Source: the human T2T-CHM13v2.0 reference genome, Homo sapiens. From it: DNA of 64,000 bases. Below, piece by piece: positions 52,065 to 64,000 of this stretch (position 1 is the stretch's first letter; each line of letters starts with the position of its first letter). The DNA is taken from NCBI RefSeq assembly GCF_009914755.1, contig NC_060928.1. One strand, given 5' to 3'. The notes under the pieces are model-generated. The model did no database searches. It saw only the letters and a program-made list of their open reading frames with translations, and was not told the DNA's origin. The position numbers were made by a program, and so were the translations under genes.

Positions 52065-52331
52065 AAGTATTTTCCTATACAGCGTGGTCTATAGACCAGT
52101 ACCCACAATGAACATTAGTTGAACAAATGAGAACAAATGTTTGAAAAGTTTTTATAGAACTTTGGCCAATAACTTCATGTCCATCGAACATAATAATAAA
52201 AATCAAGACTGCATTTTATATGTATTTTTATTTATTTTCTAGTAGTTCATTTGTGCTCTATTTCACAAAGTTTTGGTAAACAACACATTGAAAAACAAAA
52301 TTCCTCAGCAGAGGTAGATTGAGAAACACTG
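52065..52331. mobile_element. Charlie18a-like hAT DNA transposon
   Basis: gtggtctatagaccagt...tttttatagaactttg...taataataaaaatc...ttgagaaacactg. Confidence 0.6.
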
Positions 52332-52719
52332 GTTAAGAAAACATTGTCCAATGCTCTATTTAGCGTCGTTTTATAAACAGGATAGATGCCACCCATGTTA
52401 CAATGTGTTTCATCAACATTCCCTATAGAACTTTCTAAGGTTAACTAACATCCTCGTATAAATGCTTATGCAAATATTAGAGCTCATGATTCCCTTAGTC
52501 CAGATATCTAACAGTTTATTAAAAATGTGAAAATACCTTGACAATAGATGTTAGGTTATGATTTTCTATAAAAATTGACTACAAAATAAATGGGTATTAA
52601 TTCAAATAGATTGTTAATGATTAAGATGCCTACTATTAAACTACAAAAATAACTATCTAAAAATTGAAATATCAAAAAGGAAAGGGAGACAAATGATAAA
52701 AGACTAAAGAAAATAGTAA

Positions 52720-53845
<1,126 letters not shown>

Positions 53846-54219
53846 GAAGATAAACTAAAACATCTGTCAAGTAGAAAAACAGAAAAATCTTGAGTATGTG
53901 AAAAATTTTCATTTGAAAATTGTATAATTATTAAATTATTGCATACTATAAAGACAATTTATTTTCAAAATCTGACTTTTAATCCTAAATCTGTAAGTAC
54001 ATTGAGAAAGAAAGCAAAATCTAATGTTGACTTAAAGTCAATAGGTACTCTGTAAGAGACACTCTGTTGAAGATTATGTAATATGACCTCAAATATTATT
54101 GACAGATTAGTGTTCTACAGCATTCTTAAAAGGTGCTTATGCAGCCTTATATCCACTTGATAAAAAATATAATTTTACTATTTGTTGTAATTTAACCTTT
54201 GTCATGGACTCATTTGATC

Positions 54220-55420
54220 TTGATAGAGTTTCTTAACCTCTTAAACCGCTAGGTATCTCAATTTTTTTTTTAAAAGTCATCATTCTTCTATTTAACTGGC
54301 TCCTTTTTAAAGTTTTCTTTACTGGCTTCTCTGTATTTCTTCAGTCTCTAGATGTTGTAGTAACAAAGAGCTGAGCCCCAGGGTCTCTTGCCCTCTCTAT
54401 CTGTACTCACTCCCTAGGTGACTTCATCTAGGATGATGGTTTTAAATAGCATCAAATAATTCATTAAGCTTACAACGTTCAAATATTTATCCCCTCTTGC
54501 CTCAACATTTCTGTATTTATTTGCCCACTCTTCATCTCCAATTGATTGGCTAATAGGCAACTTAAACCTATATAACTGAATACAACTCTACCCAGCCCCC
54601 AAATGTGCAGTCTCCCTCATCTTGCTCAGTTCAGTTTGTGTGACCCAAATACCATGAAATTGTGATTTCCCTCTGTCTGTAATACTATATGTCTAGTCCT
54701 TACTATTGTATTTGGCTCTGTTTATGAAATATGTCTATATTCCCAGCACATCCATATCTACCGCCACATCCTGGTCCAAACCACTGTTACCTCTTATTTA
54801 GATTATTTCATTAGCTGCCCAACCCTCCACTCATAAATCATCTCACCGTCCCCACAGTTTAGTCTTTACACAGTCAGCAAAGTGATCATTTAATCAGTAA
54901 AGTTGATCGTATTACTTTCTTAAGATTCATCAATGGGAACTATCTAGCTCAGAGTACAAGACAGAGTCCATCATTGCTCCACGAATGATCTGGCCCTACA
55001 TTCTTCTCTGGCCTAGTCATGATCTGGCCCTGCATTCTTCTCTGACCTAATCACCTTCAGATACCCCTGGCTTGTCCTGGTTCAGTTACTGGAACCCGTG
55101 TTCCAACCTCAGGGATTTGACCTTGACTGTCACTCTGTATTGATAAGGGCTACTCTATATGACACAGTATTAACATCCATCTCCTTCCATCAGAACTCTC
55201 AAATCTTTCTACTTTGCTTTATTTTTTTCCTCCATAGTTCTTAAAACCACATAACAAATGTAATGTGTTTTTGTTAATTTATTGTATGTATACCTATCAT
55301 TATTTATGTAAGCTGTATAATGAGGCAAATTTAGTTGCTTTACTCACAGTTCCAAATTCAATATTCAAATTTAGAACAGCACCTGATCTATAATAAACAC
55401 TCAACAAATATTGCTGGGTA
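54220..55420 (+). mobile_element. L2a, ~1.2 kb
   Basis: ctctatctgtactcactccctaggtgacttcatc...ctggtccaaaccac...tagaacagcacctg...ctcaacaaatattgctgg. Confidence 0.82.
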
Positions 55421-56359
55421 CTTAAAATAAGTATAAAATGGGCTGCCGTTTCCTTTTTGAATAATTAACAGCTACTAGCCCTCATGGTTTCAACAGAAAT
55501 ATCTTTTCAGAAGACCTCTTTTTCATTTCTCTAGTCATCTCCTTTATCCTTGCTCTGCCAAATTCACAAATCTGTAAAATTTTAGTCTTATTTAATTTCT
55601 CTTCTCCTCTCTGGTTATTTCTTTTTTCTCTTTCCTTAGAGATATGGCTGTGTCTACCAGGGCTTAGATTAGTGCTGCTCATCCTGTGTGATCAATATTT
55701 GAGAAAAAAGGTAATTGAATAATAAACTGGATGGAATATATTAACTGGGTGGCATTTGATGTCGGTTGAAACTAATAGGTGATAAAAATACAGTGAGAAG
55801 AGCTAGGTAATCAGGATTCTGAACTCTCTCTGTCATGTCATATAACTTTGGAAAATCTTCTACTGGTCCTCATGACTGTGCTTTCCCTTCAATAAAAATA
55901 AAATAAAATATAATTTTTCAAAAATCTTTTCCTAGCATGATGATCAAACACACTATTGAAGCTATATCTTTCTAACATTTTTTAAAAATTGGGAACAGAG
56001 AAACTAGTTGCATTTCTCTGGGAAACCTTATTTATCACTGTTATAATTTTGGAAATAAGGGATTTCAAAATGTAAATTATAGAGAGTTGTAAAAATAAAA
56101 TTCTCGTAGGCATACTATAAAAAAACCTAGGTTAGGCTTCTCTTTCTTTATTAAACTCTTAAAAGAATTGTAACTTTTGCATGGATCATTAAAATATGAT
56201 AAAAGTAAAGATTCATGTATTTTATGCCCAAAAGGTATTAAAATAGCTGCTATCAGTTTACTATACTTAAAAATGAATTATACACTAAATATATTTGAAT
56301 ATACTTGACTATATTGAACTCATTTTTATACACACTTACTAATTATAATTATGATAACT

Positions 56360-56500
56360 TTAATTGCATTATTGTTAATTTTCACAACCACCCCCATTAT
56401 TTCCATCTCACAGATAGAGAAAGGGGGGTCTAGAAAAGTTTAATAACTCACCCAAAAGAACAGAACTAGCAACAGATGGACCTATTTTTGCGTGTGTCTT
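56360..56500 (-). mobile_element. MIR
   Basis: ttaattttcacaaccacccc...ccatctcacagatagagaaa...aagtttaataactcacccaa. Confidence 0.55.
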
Positions 56501-56747
56501 TCTTCTTGCAGTTGTTTGTTTTTTAAAATGGTCGATGGTCTGTCTTCTTAATATTAGAAAATATTTGATTTGCACAAAAAGACAAGAACATATATTCATA
56601 ACTTACAAAGCAAAATAATAAAATAAACATCCATGAATATTTCACTCAACTTAAGAAATTGAACTTTGCTCAAGCTACTAAAGTTCTCTCAGTACGTATT
56701 TCATTCTTATCTTCCTAATCCAGGGATAATCAGTAATCTACTGTATC

Positions 56748-57085
56748 TTTTTTTAATTTTTGTGGGTACATAGTAGGTGCACATATTTATGGGGTACATG
56801 TGTTTTGATACAGGCACAGAATATGTAATAATCAAATCAGAGAAACTGGGGTATCCATCATCTCAAACATTTATCATTTATTTGCACTAGGAACATTCCA
56901 ATTCCACTCATTTAGTTACTTTTATATATACAAGAAATAATTGTTGACTGTTGTCACGCTGTTGGGTTAGCCATTACTAGATCTTATTCATCCTAACTAT
57001 ATTTTTGCGACCATTAACCATACTCAGTACCCCCTCCCCACCTCTGCTACCCTTCCTAGTCTCTGTTAACCATCATTCTACTCTG
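56748..57085 (-). mobile_element. L1MA2/3 3' UTR
   Basis: ttttgtgggtacatagtaggtg...atttatggggtacatg...ggggtatccatc...aaccatcattctactct. Confidence 0.88.
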
Positions 57086-57206
57086 TATTATACTTTAAAA
57101 ATTATTTCCTTTTTTCCTTTAATACTTTAGACATATGTTTTTGATCTCCTTAAAATGGAAACTTATTGAGCATATTCTTTCTTAGCTTTTTTCCTCTTAA
57201 AACTAG

Positions 57207-57535
57207 GATGAGTTCATGTCCTTTGCAGGGACATGGATGTAGCTGGAAACCATTATTCTCAGCAAACTATCACAAGATCAGAAAACCAAACACCGTGTGT
57301 TCTCACTCATAAATGGGAGTTGAACAATGAGAACACATGGACACAGGGAGGGGAACATCACACACTGGGGCCTTTTGGGGGTTGGGAGTTAGGGGAGGGA
57401 TAACATTAGGAGAAATACCTAATGTAGGTGACAGGTTGATGGGTACAGCAAAGCACCATGCACGTGTATACCTATGTAACAAAACTACACGTTCTGCACA
57501 TGTAACCCAGAACTTAAAGTATAATAATAAAAAAA
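57207..57535 (+). mobile_element. L1PA7-like 3' end
   Basis: gatgagttcatgtcctttgcaggg...cacaagatcagaaaacc...acctaatgtaggtgacaggttgatggg...aaagtataataataaaa. Confidence 0.92.
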
Positions 57536-59226
57536 TTATGTTATAATGATTTATAAATATTAATGATATAGCTTTAATTAATTCATTTTCATTACCATAA
57601 TGTATTTCATTGTAAACTGTAAATAATTATTCATTCTTCTATTGGGCACTTAAGTTGTTTTCAGGTTTTTACTCATTCGAACCTGCTGCTATGAACACTC
57701 TTGGATATACCTACTCTTTCACTATGGCATTAAGTAAAAGCAAAATGACTGGATTTATGTTTTACTTCATGTAGTTTAATTTGAAAGCCTGGTTTCATAA
57801 CAGTTATTCCTTATTCCTTCATATGTAATGGCAAAATAATATGAAGTGTGATTATTTTAGTCATAAGGTTTTGGCTAAGGTGCCACAAAGTCAAGAAAAA
57901 CTCAACAGTTTTTAAATACTCCTATATTATAAAGTAAGACATAAAACTACCCTTCAACTAAGATTTTGAGACATATCCTAAAAATGTTAAAACATCATGT
58001 TCCACTCCCTTCCAAGTTACAGACAGAACAAACACTTCATTAAGAGGTTGATGGTAATAAGGATTTCTTGAGAGAGTGCTATGGAAGGAGAAGAGACACC
58101 AAATAAGGAGGATCAATGGGGGACTGTTTTGGAGAATTTGAAATGTGTTCCTTGGAATCTGAGAGACAGGTACTGGTATCTGAATCATGACTGAAGAGTC
58201 TAATACTAAATGTACCCCTGTGGTAGGTCAGAATACAGAACACTTCCAAGAGTATTCAAAACATATTGGGACAGCAATATTTTTGTATTTCTCATGGGCC
58301 AAATGATAGGGCAATGAGAAAGCAGCCAGGTGTCAAACTGATTTATTCTAAAACGCCTCTGCCTAATAGGACTACTAGAAGGAAAAAAAAAAGGGGGTGG
58401 GGTTGGGGGGGGACCTGAAAAAGGGAGAAGGCTGCCAAAATCTAGGAGTCTGTAGTGGAATTTTTAAGCGGCCATCTGGAGGAGACATTATTCACAATTT
58501 AAATCAATGAAATTATGAGAAAGAGCCTCTCTCATGATAGTTTTCTAAAAAAATTGCCAAAGCCAAAAAAAGTAAAATAATTTATAAAAACACTTCCCTG
58601 AAAGAAAGCCAGCCTTTATATCTGTTCCTTCAAGAATGCAACAACACCAGCTATGCCTGTTGCATTAGTTGAGTAAAATATTTTCTGTCCTTGATTCTTC
58701 ATTCTGTAATCCTAGAGCATCTAAACAGCAATTAAGAAGTGAGGAAACACTTAGAGAGATAACCAATTATGCCTTCCTATCTTCAGTGCAGGCATCCTGT
58801 CCACATTCGGATGTTGACTAAACTAGGGGAAGAAAACAATTTCAAATCAAATGAGACTTCCAATATTACACTGGGTTTAAATTTTTTTAATCTCTAGAAA
58901 ATATTTATTTATTTTTGTTTTATTACCTACCAGTGGCAGAAGAAGTTTGTAGTACCTGAAAATAACCAGAAAAATATGTGATACATGTCTCAGTTTTTTT
59001 TTTTTCCAGTGTCCGGAGAAAAACAAGTGATAGAAAGAGTTTGTAATGAACCATCTTGTAATAATAATAAAATTGTTTCCTACTTGTATCCTACCAAGTC
59101 AAGCTTTCACTAAACTACATGTATATGAATTAAATAGATGGTTATTTAAAAGCATAAATGAAAGAACCAGTTTTTACATACAACCTATAGTTAACTTTAT
59201 GTAACATGTATTTATTGATAAGATAC

Positions 59227-59655
59227 TATGGTAGACAGAATAATTGCCTCTCAAAGATACCACATCCTAATCTTCCAAATCTATAAATATACTAATGGCA
59301 AAAGGGATTGTGCAGATATGATTAGATGAAGAATCTTGAGATGGAGATTTTTCAGGATTATCCATGTGTGCCCAATATAATCACAAAGGTCCTTATAAGA
59401 GACAGGCAGGAGGGTCAGAGTCAGAGGCAGCAGTAGATGTTGCAATGATGAGGAAGAGGCTATGAGACAAGCAGCACAGGCAACTTCCAAAACCTGGGAG
59501 AGGCAAAGAAACAGATCCTCCCTTAGAGCATTCACAAGGAATAGAGCCCTTGATTTAGGACTTTTAACCTCCAGAACTATAAAATAATAATTTTATGTTG
59601 TTTTAAACCAATACATTTGCAGTAATCTGTTTCTATTGCAATCAAAACTAATAAT
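59227..59655 (+). mobile_element. MLT1C/D solo LTR inserted in an L2 fragment
   Basis: tatggtagacagaataat...gggattgtgcagat...cctccagaactat; TSD gatac (59222-59226 / 59656-59660). Confidence 0.88.
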
Positions 59656-59739
59656 GATACTATGTACTCAGCTCTGTTCTAGGTGATGAAAATACATAGA
59701 TGAACAAAATAGAGAACTATTCTATACATGGTGCTTGAT

Positions 59740-59905
59740 GCTTTGCACAAATCCAAGGCTTATTTTTTTACAAGAGTATAAAGTAGGTATAATTAGCTCT
59801 TTTAACAGATGATGAGAAAAGAGATCAAAGAGTAATGTTTTCATTGTCACAGAGCTAATAGATGAGCTACCTGTCTCCCAGAGCCTGTGATCTTTACACT
59901 CATTA
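59740..59905 (-). mobile_element. MIR
   Basis: aagtaggtataattagctcttttaacagatgatgagaaa...gtcacagagctaata. Confidence 0.55.
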
Positions 59906-60833
59906 AATTATCTCCTTCACATAAGTGGAAAGTATATTGCAGCATAAAGTAGGCTTATGCACCAAAGATTTATTTTCTGAGATACAGCTTGTTTCGCCAT
60001 TGTTGAGGGAGATAGAAAAACAGGTATGGAGAAGAGGCTTCTACTTGAAGAGTTTGAATTCAATTTCCTTGACACAAGATGGACCTAAACATCTAAATCA
60101 AATAAAAAATAAAAACTTTTGATTTAATTCAAATATTATTTTAGGAGAAAATTGCACCATAGACATGAACACATGATTATTATATATACATATTTTCAAT
60201 GTGGCTTTTTATTTATGATTTAAAAACCAAAATGAAACAGAAGTTGCATCAATAAAGCATGTCCCCTAACACAGTTATTACTAATTATGTCTTTGGAAAA
60301 TCATCACATAAGAGTGGGTTTTAGTAATTATTCAAGGGACAATTGATAAAGTTCTCTTCTCATTTTCAGTTATTTCTCTACAAACAGTTTCCTCTTTCAT
60401 ATATACTCTTATGTGTAGATTTCTGCTTATATACATAGCAATTATGGATTCCTGTATCCTTATAAGCTTTGCCTCCAAATAAAAATCTAGTCATATATGG
60501 CTACAAAATACTTTAATTCATGAATGAGGCTCATACTATTTGATGTTCAGTGATGAAGAAAATATATATGAACTATGAAGTTTTTATTACTAACAAGGAT
60601 ATGAAGAATGTGGGCATATACAGAAGATGGTCAGATGAGGAAAAGTATAAGCTGGTCTATTAAGTTTTTAAAACAGAAGATACCAAAAGTGAAACTCTTC
60701 ATCTTTAACAAGAAAATCATGTTTAAAGTAAAATTATAGATGCTGCTTTTTATTAGGGGTCAAAATTTTTACTAATCTGGCTTTTAAAATGATAGAATGG
60801 ATTGAAAAGGAAGGCTAAGAAATAGTTTCTTAA

Positions 60834-61172
<339 letters not shown>

Positions 61173-61201
61173 ATTGGTACATTCTTACTTGTGCTGAATG
61201 T

Positions 61202-61320
61202 TTTCTTTTTTCATTTCAATAGCTTTAGGGGTACAAGTAGTTTTTGGTTACGTGGATGTATTACATAGCGGTAGAGTCTGAAATTTTAGGGTATCCGTCA
61301 CCCGAGTAGTGTACATTGTA
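61202..61320 (-). mobile_element. ~120-bp L1PB 3' end with TSD
   Basis: atttcaatagctttaggggtacaagt...gtcacccgagtagtgtacattgta; TSD gctgaatg(c)tttt. Confidence 0.85.
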
Positions 61321-62087
61321 TAAGCTGAATGCTTTTTAAGCATTTTGGTCGAAAGCAAGTGGAAAAACCCCAAGACCCTCAGAAGTTGCTCTTAGCCCCA
61401 GCTCATTTTGATAATAATAATTAAAAAGCAATTTGCTTGGAAATAAAAAAGGTATTTATTCTTAAATCATATCTTGCCTGAAGATTTTTCACCTGGGGTG
61501 AAAACAACATTCGTAAGCCCATTAGTTCTTTTGCCTAAAATAATTCATTTAAAAAGTCATTAGCTTAATAAAAAGGAATTGATAGAGGGCCTTTAGGGAT
61601 TCTACTCTAAATCTGAGGGATTTGCCTCATTAAAAATCAATTGCAGGACCAAAGCCTCCTGTATGTGCTTGTGATGGAAAGAGAGAAAGAGAAGTTTTGA
61701 TATAAAAATCTTGCCTAGTTTTATTTAAATATATTTGAATAAAAATCTAAAAATCATCTTAAATGATATTTTAAAAGATTCCTTCTTTAGGATATTTACA
61801 TTTTTCCTAATAGAACCATAATGTTACTTCTGGATGTCATTATTATGAATTTCAAAGGACTAAATCCCACTATGTCTCATAGCTAGTTTAGAAATTTTAC
61901 TTTCTGATAGTTTCCTTATAAATTAAGCCATAAATTTTTCTACATTATATCTACTACACTGCTACACATTTAGCACTGAGTAAGTTTAATAAATTGTAAA
62001 CATTATCCAACAATGTATAAGTCACAGAAGGAAAATAAATTTAGTTTTTCTTTAGTTTTTCATCCTAAGATTGAAAAGATTTTGGCT

Positions 62088-62195
62088 GACAAAAATCTCA
62101 GAAATCACCACTTAAGAAATCATTCATGTAACCAAACACCACTTGTTCCCCAAAACCTATGGAAATAATAATAAAAATAATCATCATAATAAAAA
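62088..62195 (+). mobile_element. L1PB/L1MA 3' terminus
   Basis: aaaatctcagaaatcaccact..gaa..cattcatgtaaccaaacaccacttgttccccaaaacctatggaaataa. Confidence 0.82.
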
Positions 62196-62750
62196 GTGTT
62201 GGGGCCTGGTGGATGATTGTATCAGGAGGGCAGACTTCTCATGAATGGTTTTGCACAATCCCTCTTGGTACTCCCCTAGTGCGAGTGAGTTCTCCTGAGA
62301 ACTGATCATTTAGAAGTGTAGGCTGGGCACAGTAGCTCACTCTTGTAATCTCAGCATTGTGGGAGGCTGAGGGGGCGGGATCACTTGAGCCCAGGAGTTC
62401 GATACCAGCCCTGGCAACATGGCAAAACCCCGTTTCTATGAAAAATAAAAAAATAAAAAAATAAAGCTAGGCACTGTGGCGTGAGCCTGTGGTTTCAGCT
62501 ATTCTGGAGGCTGAGGTGGGAGGATTGCTTAAGTCCCAGAGGTCAAAACTCCAGTGAGCCAAGATTGTGCCACTGCACTCCAGCCTGGATGACAGAGTGA
62601 GACCTTGTCTCAAAAAAAAAAAAAAAAAAAGAAAGAAAGAAAAAGTGTAGAGAACCTCCCCGCTTGCTCTCTTGCTCCTCCTTTCACCATGTGACAAGTC
62701 TGCTCCCACTTTGCCTTCCACCATGCGTAAAAGCTCCCTGAAGCCTCCCA
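62196..62750 (+). mobile_element. MSTB-like LTR fragment interrupted by AluJ
   Basis: ctcatgaatggttttgcacaatcc...gtgagttctcctgaga...ttgccttccaccatgcgtaaaagctccctgaagcctcccc. Confidence 0.8.
62321..62640 (+). mobile_element. AluJ
   Basis: gatcacttgagcccaggagttc, ggaggattgcttaag; TSD agaagtgta / aaaagtgta. Confidence 0.93.
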
Positions 62751-63251
62751 AAGAAAGAAAAAGAAAAAAGAGGTGGCTGAAAATGGAAAACTAAGAATTT
62801 TGGAAAAGGATGATAATAAAATACTTTGCACTTTTTGTAAGTACTTCTTTTTTCATTATTTTAAAACTATTTAAAAATCTTTATGCTTGATAATATGAGC
62901 ACTTTAAGAAGTACTATGTGGAAGATAGCATAGTAGTTGATAAATTTGATTCTCTCCTTGTGGGAGGCTTGATGAGCTATGTTGCTACCATTTGTCATTA
63001 CTTCCAAAGACCTCATGTGTCAGAGGATAATGACAACAAGGTCAATAACACCCTGTAAGTTACACACAGAAAGTGGCCACAGTAGCATACTGATATCTAC
63101 AATTGTTTAAGAGAAACAAAGGTAAGATGTGAAATTGCCTTCTTTTGTAACTAGTGAAACCGTTTCTTTACAAAAGGTGAGAATCTACTCAATGTCTTTA
63201 CCTGTTTAGATATTGCCTTCATTCCTTTCTTCTTCTGGCAATTCATTTTGA

Positions 63252-63574
<323 letters not shown>

Positions 63575-64000
63575 TGCCCATGAACTTTTAAATATGGAAG
63601 TTCCGATAGCAAAAATCACTTTCTTCTTTAAATTCAAAACTAATGGTTGGATTTGCAATGTACCCATCAGTCAAAAATGTATCATATATTCAAAGTAATT
63701 TGTATAATCTCAGTGCTATATTACAAAGCTTTTATCAATGATAATTTAATAAATATTAAAGAATCAGGCCTGCAAGGAACTAAAGATGTAGGGAATAGAT
63801 AGATGAAAGGTGATCGATGGACAGATTTCTGAAAACATTGTCCCAATAATGCCCTAAGAACATAATTCATGATTTCTGAATCTTTCTTTATGGTTAATAT
63901 TATTTTCAGATTCCGTCTGATTCAAAGATCATTTTCAGATGAGCTATCCAAATAATCTAATGTTGGCTGAATGCCAACAATGCACCAAGGAATATTTTGC

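Larger units (their letters stand above)
56520..57720 (-). mobile_element. L1ME 3' fragment hosting L1MA and L1PA pieces
   Basis: ttcattttcattaccataatgtatttcattgt...cattcttctattgggcacttaagttgttttcagg...ctgctatgaacactctt. Confidence 0.6.

Overview
AT-rich hominid (human or great-ape) genomic DNA that looks intergenic or deep-intronic. The lineage call rests on a full-length SVA (SVA_D-like), AluY copies and an L1PA3. I find no credible cellular protein-coding gene, tRNA/rRNA, CRISPR array or CpG-island promoter. Every long ORF in the track falls in a retroelement (L1 ORF2, MaLR internal, Alu, SVA VNTR) or in low-complexity DNA. Roughly half the window is interspersed repeats (Alu, L1PA/PB/M, L2, MIR, THE1/MST/MLT LTRs, ERV1 LTRs, hAT MERs), often nested. 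Subfamily names come from remembered consensus diagnostics and need RepeatMasker/Dfam confirmation. I could not find a convincing new biological system. The best leads are: (i) two opposite-strand MaLR proviruses fused tail-to-tail by an inferred multi-kb deletion, forming a ~3 kb imperfect inverted repeat with inward-facing LTRs near intact DUX4 motifs; (ii) atypical retrotransposition products (SVA without a normal TSD, a tail-less L1 fragment between 22-23 bp direct repeats, an internally deleted Alu with TSD); (iii) a young 145-bp tandem duplication; (iv) several unique-sequence blocks dense in homeodomain/POU/PBX-MEIS motifs that look like conserved enhancers; and (v) a well-formed 60-nt candidate exon.
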